Assembly: GCA_945897715.1 (NCBI GenBank)
Contig: CAMDFS010000003.1
Location: forward strand, 1 to 39,249
Direction of reading: 5' to 3'
Length of the DNA stretch: 39,249 nucleotides
Origin: Chlamydia trachomatis
GTDB taxonomy: Bacteria > Chlamydiota > Chlamydiia > Chlamydiales > 2-12-FULL-49-11
Position numbers and translations under genes: made by a program. The notes beneath the pieces were generated by a model that saw nothing but the letters and a program-made list of their open reading frames with translations, did no database searches and was not told the origin of the DNA. Positions 27,700-37,988 of this stretch are shown here, piece by piece (within the stretch, counting starts at the first letter, position 1; each line of letters begins with the position of its first letter).

Positions 27700-28151
27700 T
27701 GGAAATCATTTTATTTGAGCCTGACATTCCCCAAAATACAGGGAACATCATCAGGCTTTGTAAAGCGACAAAAAGCAGGCTCACATTAGTTGAGCCTCTT
27801 GGTTTTTCTATCACAGATAAAAACTTAAGACGTGCAGGTTTAGATTACTTTCTAGGGGTTGAAGTACAAACAATCCCCTCTTTAAAAGACTATCTTTTAA
27901 AAAGTGATGCTCCAAAATATTTCATGTCCAGCAAAGCAACAAACTCTCTATACTCTGCAGAAATCAAAGCAGGGGCAATATTTATTTTCGGGAGCGAGAC
28001 AAAAGGACTGCCTGATTATACTAGAGACTTATGGGGAAAAGATTTTTACACTCTCCCCATGAATAAAGATGCTCGGTGCCTCAATCTTGCAAACTCCGTA
28101 TCGATTGCAATTTATGAGGCACTAAGACAGCAAAATTTTTCCGTCCTTTAA
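27699..28151 (+). CDS. trmL: tRNA (cytidine/uridine-34-2'-O)-methyltransferase
   Basis: PDIPQNTGNIIRLC, LRRAGLDY, FGSETKGL, RCLNLANS SPOUT motifs. Confidence 0.95.
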   Translation: MEIILFEPDIPQNTGNIIRLCKATKSRLTLVEPLGFSITDKNLRRAGLDYFLGVEVQTIPSLKDYLLKSDAPKYFMSSKATNSLYSAEIKAGAIFIFGSETKGLPDYTRDLWGKDFYTLPMNKDARCLNLANSVSIAIYEALRQQNFSVL

Positions 28152-28175
28152 AACATGAGTTTTGTGTTTAAAAAA

Positions 28176-28484
28176 CTATTTATGAGAAGTTGCAATATCA
28201 ATAATATCTTCCATCTCTTTTACACCCACAAACTGATCTACTTTTTTTCCATTCTTAAAAAAAAGAACTGTAGGGATTGAAGAAACAGAATACTCTTGGG
28301 CTAGACTTCTATGCTCATCTACATCCACTGAATAGACAATAATTCCTTTATTGCTCACCTCTTCCATAATTGGACCAAGTGTTTTACATGGACCACACCA
28401 CTCTGCGTGAAAATCCACAATTACAACATTTTTAGAATGAATTGCTTTGTTAAAACTTTCCTCATTTAATTCAATAACAGCCAT
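28176..28484 (-). CDS. trxA: thioredoxin
   Basis: VDFHAEWCGPCK active site and VSSIPT. Confidence 0.96.
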   Translation of the reverse strand: MAVIELNEESFNKAIHSKNVVIVDFHAEWCGPCKTLGPIMEEVSNKGIIVYSVDVDEHRSLAQEYSVSSIPTVLFFKNGKKVDQFVGVKEMEDIIDIATSHK

Positions 28485-28494
28485 ATTTTCTCCT

Positions 28495-29853
28495 TCATTG
28501 TTTTTTATATCTATCGATTAATGTTTGTATTTCTCTTTGAACAGTGATTAAAAAAACCTCTCGAGCCTCTTTTTTGTTGCCTACAGTCTTTAAAATTTTT
28601 GAGTAACAGATAGGCGGTCCAAAGGCAAGTATAATTGGCGTAAAAAGTTTCGGAAATATTTTTCCCTTTGCAAGGGCCTTTTCAGGGCCAATGACTGCTG
28701 CTGGAATCACTTTTGCATTTCCCTTATCTGCAAATAATGCAAGCCCTTGTTTTAAAGGTTGCACATTTCCATCATTACTTCTCGTTCCTTCAGGAAAAAT
28801 AAGAACCTTCTCCCCTTTCAGCAATAAAGAAACTACATGCTTTATCATTGCTTTATCATCAGAAGCTCCCGAAATAGGATAAGTATTTAATCTCTTTAGT
28901 ACATAAGAGATCCATTTATAATCAAATAGGGATTTTCTGGCAAGGGCATGGATGACTTGAGGGCTTGCACAACCCAGCATCGGTGGGTCCATAAAAGAGA
29001 CATGATTACAAGCAATAATTCCTGGAGAATTGATCTCAAAATGCTCTAGTCCTAGTACTTTAAACTTATGGAACAGTTTAAAGTAAGTATAGAAAAATAA
29101 TTTTATAGGAACATACAACATTGAGCATTTCTTCCCTTTATAGGAAAACCAGTATTTTCTATTAGAGGGGGTAGCATAAGGGACTTTTTTTACAATCAAT
29201 GCAAGAGGCTTAACGATATCATTTACCCCAAGCTCTGTTGTATCTACTCTAATGGCATCTTTAGGACAAATTAGAGGAGATTGCTCCCTTGTCATATCTC
29301 TTTCATCACGAGTTGTTATATCAGTGATCACATCTTCAAGGGTAAGGTCTTTAGATTCAGGCTTCTTTTTTAGGAAGTTGTAGCGTCTTCTGGCTCTTTC
29401 TTCAACATCTGCTTCGAGAAAAATTTTAATCTCGGCATCAGGGAAAACTACTGACCCAGTATCTCTTCCCTCTACGACGATATTTTCTCCTTCAGCAAAA
29501 ACCCTTTGCAGTCTTGTTGCATAATCACGGATAAATACTTTTGTTGAAAGCAGCGAGGATATATGTGCAATTTCTCTAGTTCTGATCTCTTCAGTAACAT
29601 CTTTTGATCCAATAAAATGCTTTCTCTTCCCACCATCTCCTGAAAAATGATACGAAAAGGAAGAAAGCTCCTCTTCTTGCTTTTCATCACTTACTGACAA
29701 AAGCTTATTATTTCTATAAAAAAGGGCAATTGCTCGATAGATAGCGCCAGTATCAAGATGGGTAAACCCAAGCTTTTTCGACAAGCCTTTAGCCACTGTA
29801 GATTTACCAGAGGCCGATGGCCCATCAATTGTTACTTTTATAAATTTTTTCAT
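28495..29853 (-). CDS. cmk: fused cytidylate kinase / 1-acyl-sn-glycerol-3-phosphate acyltransferase (Cmk-PlsC)
   Basis: N-terminal IDGPSASGKST, LDTGAIYR, VEGRDTGSVVFPDA, RDERD; C-terminal NHVSFMDPP (HX4D) and IFPEGTRS, all in one reading frame. Confidence 0.92.
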   Translation of the reverse strand: MKKFIKVTIDGPSASGKSTVAKGLSKKLGFTHLDTGAIYRAIALFYRNNKLLSVSDEKQEEELSSFSYHFSGDGGKRKHFIGSKDVTEEIRTREIAHISSLLSTKVFIRDYATRLQRVFAEGENIVVEGRDTGSVVFPDAEIKIFLEADVEERARRRYNFLKKKPESKDLTLEDVITDITTRDERDMTREQSPLICPKDAIRVDTTELGVNDIVKPLALIVKKVPYATPSNRKYWFSYKGKKCSMLYVPIKLFFYTYFKLFHKFKVLGLEHFEINSPGIIACNHVSFMDPPMLGCASPQVIHALARKSLFDYKWISYVLKRLNTYPISGASDDKAMIKHVVSLLLKGEKVLIFPEGTRSNDGNVQPLKQGLALFADKGNAKVIPAAVIGPEKALAKGKIFPKLFTPIILAFGPPICYSKILKTVGNKKEAREVFLITVQREIQTLIDRYKKQ

Positions 29854-29857
29854 CTCA

Positions 29858-30724
29858 TCACATGTTCTTTAAAAATACATAAACTATCGGTGCTGTAAAC
29901 AACAAAGAGTCCAGATTGTCCAGAACTCCCCCAACTCCAGGGATGGAATTACTATCTTTTACTTTAGCATCTCGTTTCAATAAAGATTCTGCTAAATCCC
30001 CTATTTGACCAAAAATTCCAATTGCCCCTCCCAAGAGGATAGCATACGGAAGACTTAATTGAAATCCATACTCTGGAAAAAAGCTCCCTCCAATTGAAAA
30101 GGCTATACTCACTAAGACGGCAAATATAAATCCACCTATGGAACCAACCCTTGTCTTACTAGGGCTAATTGTTGGCGCTAATTTACTTTTACCAAAACTT
30201 TTACCTAAAAAATATCCACCCATATCGGTTACTTTTGTCACAGTAATCAAATACGTAAGCCATAATCTTCCATTTAATGAGCCTTCGGCAATTGATTCCG
30301 GATAGAGTATTCTGACCATGAGAGTCAACGGGACAAGAATATATACTACTCCAAAAAAACTTGTGGCAATGTGTACAATCGCCTCATCCACCTTGGAAAA
30401 ATAATAAATAAAAATTGCAAAGAAAAATAATCCCAACATCATTTGAGTCAATCCAGTTAAGGAATAATTTAAAATCTGGAGATAATTGGTGAAAATATAG
30501 AGCGCTGTAAAACCTGCCAGCAATTTATAGGGTAGATGAAGTGACTTGGTTTTTAAAAATTCTACATACTCCCAAATAGCTGCTAGACCAAACGCCATCA
30601 CTACAAACATCACAACCACCTTCATCGCTGGTAATTGTGAGTAGTAGACCATTAAAATTAATACACTTACCTCAACAGTATAAGCAAGAAATCGAGCCTT
30701 TAAATCTTTAAATGTATTATTCAT
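29858..30724 (-). CDS. cdsA: phosphatidate cytidylyltransferase
   Basis: TDMGGYFLG, ISPSKT, GQIGDLAESLLKRDAKVKDS, GGVLDNLDSLLF. Confidence 0.96.
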   Translation of the reverse strand: MNNTFKDLKARFLAYTVEVSVLILMVYYSQLPAMKVVVMFVVMAFGLAAIWEYVEFLKTKSLHLPYKLLAGFTALYIFTNYLQILNYSLTGLTQMMLGLFFFAIFIYYFSKVDEAIVHIATSFFGVVYILVPLTLMVRILYPESIAEGSLNGRLWLTYLITVTKVTDMGGYFLGKSFGKSKLAPTISPSKTRVGSIGGFIFAVLVSIAFSIGGSFFPEYGFQLSLPYAILLGGAIGIFGQIGDLAESLLKRDAKVKDSNSIPGVGGVLDNLDSLLFTAPIVYVFLKNM

Positions 30725-30733
30725 ATACCTCTC

Positions 30734-31477
30734 CTAAACCCCTAATCTTTTATTTCTTATTCCATATTCTTCTACTGCTAATATAAAATCTTCTACTGAA
30801 AAATCTGGCCATAGCATTTTTTCTAAAAAGATCTCTGTATAAGAGATCTGCCAAAGAAGGAAGTTACTCACCCTTTGCTCCCCACTTGTTCTGATTAACA
30901 TATCAGGATCAGGCCAGGCGGCCGTATAAAGATATTTGCCAATCAATTCCTCAGTTATCTCATCTTCCTGTAACTTGCCATCTTTGCTATCTCTTGTTAT
31001 AGCTATTATTGCCCTTCTAAGATCATCACGTCCCCCATAATTGATAGCAAGAACAAGTTCTAAAGCTTTTCCATCCTTTGTAGCATGCTTAACCTCATAT
31101 AGAATTGTCTTTAAAGAGAGTGGAAAAGGGCTACTATCTCCAATTGTAGAAAGTTTGATCCCATTTTCAATCAAAGCAGGACGCATTTTATCTAAATAGA
31201 GTTCAAATATATGAAATAATGCCTGAATTTCTGGCTCACTTCTAAGCCAGTTTTCTGTAGAAAAAGCATACACAGTTAAAATTTCAATCCCAATATCGAC
31301 AGCAGCTTTTGTAATATTTAGCAAATTCTGAGCCCCTGCAATGTGCCCCTCTTGAATAGAGAGCCCTTCTCGTTTAGCATACCTACGATTTCCATCCATA
31401 ATAATAGCAACATGGCGAGGAAGAGGGTTCTTCGACAACTTCTTATCCTTACATGGTGGTGTTAGTATTTCAGACAT
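30734..31477 (-). CDS. uppS: undecaprenyl diphosphate synthase
   Basis: HVAIIMDGNRRYA, YAFSTENW, NYGGR, PDMLIRTSGEQRVSNFLLWQ; start at MSEILT (31477) with GAGGAG RBS. Confidence 0.96.
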   Translation of the reverse strand: MSEILTPPCKDKKLSKNPLPRHVAIIMDGNRRYAKREGLSIQEGHIAGAQNLLNITKAAVDIGIEILTVYAFSTENWLRSEPEIQALFHIFELYLDKMRPALIENGIKLSTIGDSSPFPLSLKTILYEVKHATKDGKALELVLAINYGGRDDLRRAIIAITRDSKDGKLQEDEITEELIGKYLYTAAWPDPDMLIRTSGEQRVSNFLLWQISYTEIFLEKMLWPDFSVEDFILAVEEYGIRNKRLGV

Positions 31478-31533
31478 ATACTCCTCAAAAAGATCTTGTG
31501 AGAATATCAAGAGTAGATATTCTTGACTAGAAT

Positions 31534-31562
31534 ATTCTAGATCTATTGACAATTGGAGACAA
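31534..31562 (-). promoter_or_regulatory. putative uppS promoter TTGTCT-N17-TAGAAT
   Basis: Minus strand -35 at 31562-31557, -10 at 31539-31534. Confidence 0.5.
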
Positions 31563-31574
31563 ATCTAATAAACT
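31546..31574 (+). promoter_or_regulatory. putative secDF promoter TTGACA-N17-TAAACT
   Basis: Consensus -35 at 31546-31551, -10 at 31569-31574. Confidence 0.65.
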
Positions 31575-31610
31575 CTTTCTTTCACAATTCTATTGAAGGA
31601 AGCATGACTT

Positions 31611-34600
31611 ATGAAAGCCCAACAGAAAAGAAAAGCATTATTTGTTATTTTAGCCGTTTCTGCTCTCACACTCTACAATATTCTCCCAACCATTTTTTTC
31701 TATACCAAGAATTTAAAAGGGGAAATCACAAAATCTGTCTCTGAAAAAATTGCTACTGATATTGCTAAAAGAGTTAATACACTAGAGGGCGAATCTATTG
31801 CCTGGATTCATTCCTATTGCAAACTTCTTCACCTAAAACCTACTAAAGTCTCCCTTAAAGAAAAAAACCCAGATGCAATCAATGTCACTTTCAAGACTGA
31901 AAAAGATGCTCGAATTTTTAAATCTCATATGACAAAAGCTGGGAACCTTATCCCTTTCTTTCCAAAAAAAATGCTCCCTTTAGAAAGCGATGATTTTGAT
32001 GTGGCTTCTAAAACTGTTACCTTGAAAAGAGAGATCCCTATCCATTTTGATCTAAGCACTATAGAGCAGTGCTTTTCCTATGTTCCTATGTACAAGGAAG
32101 ATGGATCAATCTCCTCAAGTTATAGAGATATATTAGATGATAGAATCCTAGAAATAGCAAAAGTTGTGACCTCAACATCTTCTACTGCTATCAATATTGA
32201 ACGAACAATCAATGATCACTATATTGGATACAAAACTCCCTATTTCCTTGCTGTTGCTGACACACTCTTGCAATACAAGTCTTTGTTTGAAAATGGCAGT
32301 GCCCTTCAAAAGCGTTTCTACGCCTCTGCATTTGAGTCAAAGACCCGTGATGCTACATTTCTTTACAACCATTGCCTAAACGGCTTTATGGCTTGTAAGG
32401 ATTATATTCAAAAAGAAAAACTTCAACTTATTGATACAATAAAGGAGGGCTCACTTGATGAAAAAGATACCACTCTTCCAGAGGTAGGAGCCCTTTCCAC
32501 ATTGAAAGAGCAGGAAGAAAAACTCTTAAATGCAATTACTCTTCTTCAGAATAAAAAGACACTCTTCACACCTTCTGCAGTCAAAAATCTAAAGAGTAAT
32601 TATTCTACAGAGCTAACGAATAACAAAATTGAGGAAAAAGAATTATTTACCCTGTCCACAGGGGGGAATAATCCAGTAATTTCAAGTATCACTGTGAATT
32701 ACAAAGATAGAAATGTTTCATTTGAAATTGCAGAAGAATTGACCTCGTATATGAGCACAAAAGACGCCTCACTACAAAAAAAGATTGTACAGCTTATTTT
32801 TGATGAGATTGCAAAAGTAAAAAACACAACTTCAGAAGAGATTCAAAGAAATGGATCCCTATTTACCTTAGACCTATCAAATTTAGATGGTGCTAAAAGC
32901 CTTCTAAAGTTCGATCTAAAGGTTGTTGCAGAAAAAAAACTCTCCGCTTTAAAAACTTCGTTACTATCTCATTGGCAGAGGTCATCAAAAGAGCTTAACC
33001 CAAATGACTACAAAATTGTTAGCTTTGAGGAATACAAAGCACTCCCTGAGCAAGAAAAGGCGTTTTGTTTAGCATTATATGCTCCAATTCTTGACAAAGA
33101 GGGAGAAACTGAAGGATTTGATAATGGATCGGTCTATATCATTGGGAAAAGCTTGCTCCTAATGAATCGAAATTCAATGCAAAAAGAGTCAGGGGAAGAA
33201 AACAAGGCCCTCGGTAAAGATTTATTAGCTCTTGATACCTTACTTCGTCAGCATGGCGCTCGTGTCTATGAGGGAAGTGGATTTCCGTTTGACAAGGCAT
33301 TTAAAGATGATTACATATTCATGATTTCTGACTATTTTGCACCCTTGCTTTCTGCAACAAGAGAAGATTGGAATGTGCTCAGCTCTAAAACGTTTGCCAC
33401 ATTAGAGTTTTCTGATGTTCGAAACAGAATCCTTGCTGTAAATGAAATCGAAAATAAGGAACATGCTGATCTATTAAAATGGCAGGATGAATATAATAAG
33501 GCTCAGTCTAATGTAGAAGCAGAAGGACACTTTAGCATCCCTGCACCAACAAAAAGTCCTTTCTTTAGCAATCTTGCTCTCTCAACCTCAAAATATTTTA
33601 GAGGTGATGAGAAAAAAATCCTTCATTGGGGTCTAGACCTAAATGGAGGCACCACGGTGCGCGTTGCTCTAAAAGATAAACAGAACAGGGCCGTAACAAG
33701 TGAAGAGGACCTAAATCAAGGGGTAAATGAGTTATATCGCAGAGTAAACAAAATGGGTGTTTCAGATGTCTCCATTCGAAAAGAAGGATCATTTATTACT
33801 TTAGACTTCCCAGCAACACAAAGTCTTTCTGCCAGTGAATTAATTACTGCCTCATCAATGACTTTCCATGTAGTAAATGAAAAGTTTTCCTATTACAATG
33901 CAGGGCTTAGAACCTCTCTTGGTAGATTCTTGCAAGAAGTTTGGAATGAAGCCTTAGTAACTAGCAAGACCGATTCTGAAAGCATCAATGGGATTGCTTT
34001 CAACCATCTCTATGGCGATACCCTAGATATTGAAAATCCATTTCCAAGAAGTGATTCAGGAAGAGTCCTATTAGAAAATGGTCTCCAACTAGCAGACCCA
34101 AGCAATCCGAATATGTCCGCCATTGTCGACGATAAAGTCTCCAAGATTGGAGTTCTTGAGGGTAGCAGCATAGAAGATTGGCATGGGATGACTAATCCAT
34201 TAATCATCCTATTCAATAACTATGCACTAGAAGGTGCATGGCTAAAAGATGTACGGGCTGGATATGACCCAAACACTGGAAATTTCCTATCTTTTAGCGT
34301 AAACTCCTCCTCCTCAGAAGAAAACATAGATCCAAGAGATATTTTACATAACTGGACCTCTGTATTCTCTACTTCTCAGATGAATAATAGAGCCTATTCA
34401 GAAATAACCAACGGCAATGGCTGGAGATTATCCGCTGTACTAAACGGAAAGATCATCAGCATGCCTAGACTACAAGATGCTTTGAAAGAAAATGGAAGAA
34501 TTTCTGGCTCTTTCTCACAAAAAGAGGTTGCAAGACTTGCAGCTGACCTTAGAGCGGGCTCTTTAACTTATACTCCTGAAATTATCTCAGAAACTACTAT

Positions 34601-36161
34601 TAGCCCAGAACTTGGGGCACAAGAAAGATCCCAAGGGATCCTTGCCACTGTAATCGCTTTTTTTGCTGTCATTGCAATTATGATTGGATATTACAGATTT
34701 GCTGGAGTAATCGCCTCCATCGCTGTGGTATTTAACATACTCATCCTTTGGGCAATGCTTCAAAATCTTGGAGCATCGTTAACCCTTGCTGGAATTGCCG
34801 GAATCATCTTAACAATTGGAATGTCAGTTGATGCAAATGTCTTGATCTTTGAACGTGTCCGTGAAGAAAATGAGGAACATAAAAATATCTCTAATGCCAT
34901 TGCAACCGGATATGAAAAAGCCTTTTCCGCAATTTTTGACTCCAATATCACAAGCATCATCGCAGCATTGATCCTCCTTAACTTTGATGCAGGCCCAGTA
35001 AAAGGCTTTGCTCTCACTTTAATTATTGGTATCACTTCGTCAATGTTTACTGCCCTTTACATGACAAGAACATTTTTCAATTTCTGGCTGAAAAAAGGTA
35101 AAAATCAAAGTCTAAAAATGATGAACTTATTTCCAGACTCAAATTTTTCATTCATGAAGTATGGAAGAGTAGCAACATTTATTGCTACTGCTTGTATTAT
35201 TATTGGTGGAGTGACGTTATATGAACAAAGAGAGACTCTCTTTGGGATGGACTTTACTGGCGGTATGACGCTTGAATTAGAAGTAGCTGGCTCAAATGGA
35301 ACAAATCCAAAAGCAAGCGTAGAGCATGCTCTCACCTCCCATGGGATCTCTTCTTCAGAATATTCTATTCGAGCGCTTAATAACAAAAGTGCTTTAAAGA
35401 TCTATTTAAGCAATGCGTTAAATAATCCCGGAAGACCTTTTGCGAACTTAAAAAAACCCTCCCTTAACGATGAATTCACCTATTCTTATGAAAAAAATCC
35501 AAAGATTGCTGCAATTGTTGCTATTTTAAAAGATTCAAATGTATTATTAACTTCTAAATCATTAAACTCTTTAGACAAAAACTTCTCTTCAATTAGCGGC
35601 CAAATGTCTGCGACGATGAGAAATAATGCTCTATTTGGAATCTTATTAGCTCTAGCTGCAATTCTTATCTATATTACTGTCAGATTTGAATTTAGTTATG
35701 CAATAAGTGCTACCATTGGATTAGCCTTTGACTTGCTCTTAACTTTAGCAATTCTAGGCATTTGTAAAGCTTTAGGACTCCCTCTTTCTATTGATCTAAA
35801 TACAATAGCTGCCCTTATGACAATTATAGGTTACTCATTAAATGATACGATCATTGTCTTTGATAGGATAAGAACAGAGCTTAAGAAAAATCATTCTACC
35901 TCATTGAAAGAGATTATAGATCTTTCCTTGAATAAGACACTTTCTAGAACAATGATGACATCGTTAACAACTCTTGTTGTACTATTATCACTTGTCATGC
36001 TTGGTGGAAAGTCTATCTTTAACTTCTCATTTTTAATGATGGTAGGGGTAATTGTTGGGACATTATCTAGTTTATTCTTAGCAAGTACCTTTTTGTATAT
36101 TTTCAAAAGCAAAGATAAAAAGAAGGTTAGATCTGCATCTATCATAAGTATCACCGGCTAG
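31611..36161 (+). CDS. secD: protein translocase SecDF fusion with large chlamydial N-terminal periplasmic extension
   Basis: WGLDLNGG, RVNKMGVSD, LTLAGIAGIILTIGMSVDANVLIFERVRE, GMDFTGG, IGYSLNDTIIVFDRIR. Confidence 0.95.
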   Translation: MKAQQKRKALFVILAVSALTLYNILPTIFFYTKNLKGEITKSVSEKIATDIAKRVNTLEGESIAWIHSYCKLLHLKPTKVSLKEKNPDAINVTFKTEKDARIFKSHMTKAGNLIPFFPKKMLPLESDDFDVASKTVTLKREIPIHFDLSTIEQCFSYVPMYKEDGSISSSYRDILDDRILEIAKVVTSTSSTAINIERTINDHYIGYKTPYFLAVADTLLQYKSLFENGSALQKRFYASAFESKTRDATFLYNHCLNGFMACKDYIQKEKLQLIDTIKEGSLDEKDTTLPEVGALSTLKEQEEKLLNAITLLQNKKTLFTPSAVKNLKSNYSTELTNNKIEEKELFTLSTGGNNPVISSITVNYKDRNVSFEIAEELTSYMSTKDASLQKKIVQLIFDEIAKVKNTTSEEIQRNGSLFTLDLSNLDGAKSLLKFDLKVVAEKKLSALKTSLLSHWQRSSKELNPNDYKIVSFEEYKALPEQEKAFCLALYAPILDKEGETEGFDNGSVYIIGKSLLLMNRNSMQKESGEENKALGKDLLALDTLLRQHGARVYEGSGFPFDKAFKDDYIFMISDYFAPLLSATREDWNVLSSKTFATLEFSDVRNRILAVNEIENKEHADLLKWQDEYNKAQSNVEAEGHFSIPAPTKSPFFSNLALSTSKYFRGDEKKILHWGLDLNGGTTVRVALKDKQNRAVTSEEDLNQGVNELYRRVNKMGVSDVSIRKEGSFITLDFPATQSLSASELITASSMTFHVVNEKFSYYNAGLRTSLGRFLQEVWNEALVTSKTDSESINGIAFNHLYGDTLDIENPFPRSDSGRVLLENGLQLADPSNPNMSAIVDDKVSKIGVLEGSSIEDWHGMTNPLIILFNNYALEGAWLKDVRAGYDPNTGNFLSFSVNSSSSEENIDPRDILHNWTSVFSTSQMNNRAYSEITNGNGWRLSAVLNGKIISMPRLQDALKENGRISGSFSQKEVARLAADLRAGSLTYTPEIISETTISPELGAQERSQGILATVIAFFAVIAIMIGYYRFAGVIASIAVVFNILILWAMLQNLGASLTLAGIAGIILTIGMSVDANVLIFERVREENEEHKNISNAIATGYEKAFSAIFDSNITSIIAALILLNFDAGPVKGFALTLIIGITSSMFTALYMTRTFFNFWLKKGKNQSLKMMNLFPDSNFSFMKYGRVATFIATACIIIGGVTLYEQRETLFGMDFTGGMTLELEVAGSNGTNPKASVEHALTSHGISSSEYSIRALNNKSALKIYLSNALNNPGRPFANLKKPSLNDEFTYSYEKNPKIAAIVAILKDSNVLLTSKSLNSLDKNFSSISGQMSATMRNNALFGILLALAAILIYITVRFEFSYAISATIGLAFDLLLTLAILGICKALGLPLSIDLNTIAALMTIIGYSLNDTIIVFDRIRTELKKNHSTSLKEIIDLSLNKTLSRTMMTSLTTLVVLLSLVMLGGKSIFNFSFLMMVGVIVGTLSSLFLASTFLYIFKSKDKKKVRSASIISITG

Positions 36162-36182
36162 AAAATTTCTAGCCATGTATAC

Positions 36183-36211
36183 TTGATTTTTTTATCCAAA
36201 TGAACTATCCT
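36183..36211 (+). promoter_or_regulatory. putative recJ promoter TTGATT-N17-TATCCT
   Basis: -35 at 36183-36188, -10 at 36206-36211. Confidence 0.5.
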
Positions 36212-36230
36212 TTGCAAAAAAGTAGATCCC

Positions 36231-37973
36231 ATGCAATACAAACAATCTCCATCGAATCTCGTATGGGTTTATCCAACGGTAAATCAACCATTAATTGATT
36301 ATTTTATTTCTGAATTTCACATTCATCCAGCAACTGCCCAAGTCTTAGTTTCAAGAAAATTCACTAAAAAAACTGATGTCCATAAATTTCTCTATTCAAA
36401 ACTTCCCCACCTTATCCCACCTGAAAAATTAAGTGAAATTGATAAAGCAACAGAGAGGCTTCATGAAGCACTCAAAAAAAATGAGAGCATCCTTATTTTT
36501 GGTGATAACGATGTCGATGGCATTACAGGAACTACCCTCCTTGTAGATTTCTTAAGAGCATTAGGGGCAAGGGTCTATTTCTATATTGTCTCGCGAAGTT
36601 CAGATCGAGGCAATACTATTCTAGATTCTGTGGAGTATGCAAAAAAAAATGATTGCAAACTATTAATTACCGTAGATTGCGGCATTACAGCCGCTGATGA
36701 AATCGAAGAGCTCACAAAAATTGGCATCGATGTAATCATTACAGACCATCATGAACCCACCGATAGAATCCCTCATTGTATCGCAACGCTCAATCCAAAA
36801 TTGAAAGGCAGCAAGTATCCAAATAAAGACTTAACTGGCGTTGGTGTAGCTTTTAAATTCGCTCATGCCATGATGAATATGCTCGCAAAAAAAGGCGAAG
36901 TACAAGCTGACCTTATTGACCTAAGAAGATACCTAGATCTTGTAGCCCTCGGAACAATTTCCGACATGGGCGCTTTAACTGGTGAAAATAGAATCCTAGT
37001 AAGATATGGAATAGAGCAACTAAAAAAAACACAAAGAATTGGGCTACTAAAATTAATTCACGTCTCAGAAGTAAATCCAGAGGATATTACCACAACAGAT
37101 ATCGCTTCAAAAGTTGCTCCAAGGCTAAACAGCTTGGGAAGGATTGATGACCCTGTAAAAGGGGTAAACTTACTCCTTGTTCGTGATATGGGCGAAGCTG
37201 AAGCCCTTGCTCGTGATCTTGATCAAATGAATCAAAAAAGACAGAGAATTGAGCGCAAAGACACAGAAAATCTGGATAAGTTAATCGCAGACAATCCAGA
37301 TATAGTAAAAAATAAGGCGATTGTTTTACATTCCTACACTTGGCATTCTGGTATCATTGCAATCCTTGCTACAAAAATTTCAAAACTCTACAACAAACCC
37401 ACCATCGTTATTACAATAAAAGATGGTATTGGAAAAGGATCAATTCGTACAATTCCTGAATTTCCTGTCCTTGATGTTTTAAAGGACAATAAAGACCTAT
37501 TGATCAATTTCGGCGGTCATGACTACGCCTGCGGCTTAACCATTAAAGAAGAAAACATCCCTATCTTAAAGGAAAGATTTCTTGAAGCAGCCCAAAAACA
37601 CCTAAAAGAAAGAGATATCCAGCCAAAGCTATATCTTGATGCTCAGATCTCCTTTAAAGATCTTACTTTTGAATTTTTAGAGTCTTTAACACTATTAGAG
37701 CCATATGGGATGGAAAATCCTCATGTTACCTTGTATGCTACAGCACAACAAGTCCACGCCCCAAAAATCATCGGAAAAAACCACCTTAAATTCTCTTTAG
37801 AAGATGGAGATCGTTATCTTGAAGGGATTGGATTTAATATGGGCAATCGTAAACCTACGCTCTTGAAAAAGAATATTAAATTATTGCTTGCTTTTACACC
37901 ACACATCAATGTGTATTTGAATAAATCGTCGATTCAACTTCAGATTAAAGATTTTATCATCATAGACGAATGA
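36231..37973 (+). CDS. recJ: single-stranded-DNA exonuclease RecJ
   Basis: DHH-family motifs GDNDVDG, ITVDCG, ITDHH, LGTISD, PRLNSLGR, GSIR, FGGH. Confidence 0.97.
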   Translation: MQYKQSPSNLVWVYPTVNQPLIDYFISEFHIHPATAQVLVSRKFTKKTDVHKFLYSKLPHLIPPEKLSEIDKATERLHEALKKNESILIFGDNDVDGITGTTLLVDFLRALGARVYFYIVSRSSDRGNTILDSVEYAKKNDCKLLITVDCGITAADEIEELTKIGIDVIITDHHEPTDRIPHCIATLNPKLKGSKYPNKDLTGVGVAFKFAHAMMNMLAKKGEVQADLIDLRRYLDLVALGTISDMGALTGENRILVRYGIEQLKKTQRIGLLKLIHVSEVNPEDITTTDIASKVAPRLNSLGRIDDPVKGVNLLLVRDMGEAEALARDLDQMNQKRQRIERKDTENLDKLIADNPDIVKNKAIVLHSYTWHSGIIAILATKISKLYNKPTIVITIKDGIGKGSIRTIPEFPVLDVLKDNKDLLINFGGHDYACGLTIKEENIPILKERFLEAAQKHLKERDIQPKLYLDAQISFKDLTFEFLESLTLLEPYGMENPHVTLYATAQQVHAPKIIGKNHLKFSLEDGDRYLEGIGFNMGNRKPTLLKKNIKLLLAFTPHINVYLNKSSIQLQIKDFIIIDE

Positions 37974-37988
37974 TAGAATAACTTTCTT

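Noticed and set aside
31611-36161. Very long (1516 aa) SecDF
   Set aside because: A long fused SecDF with an N-terminal extension is normal for Chlamydiota.
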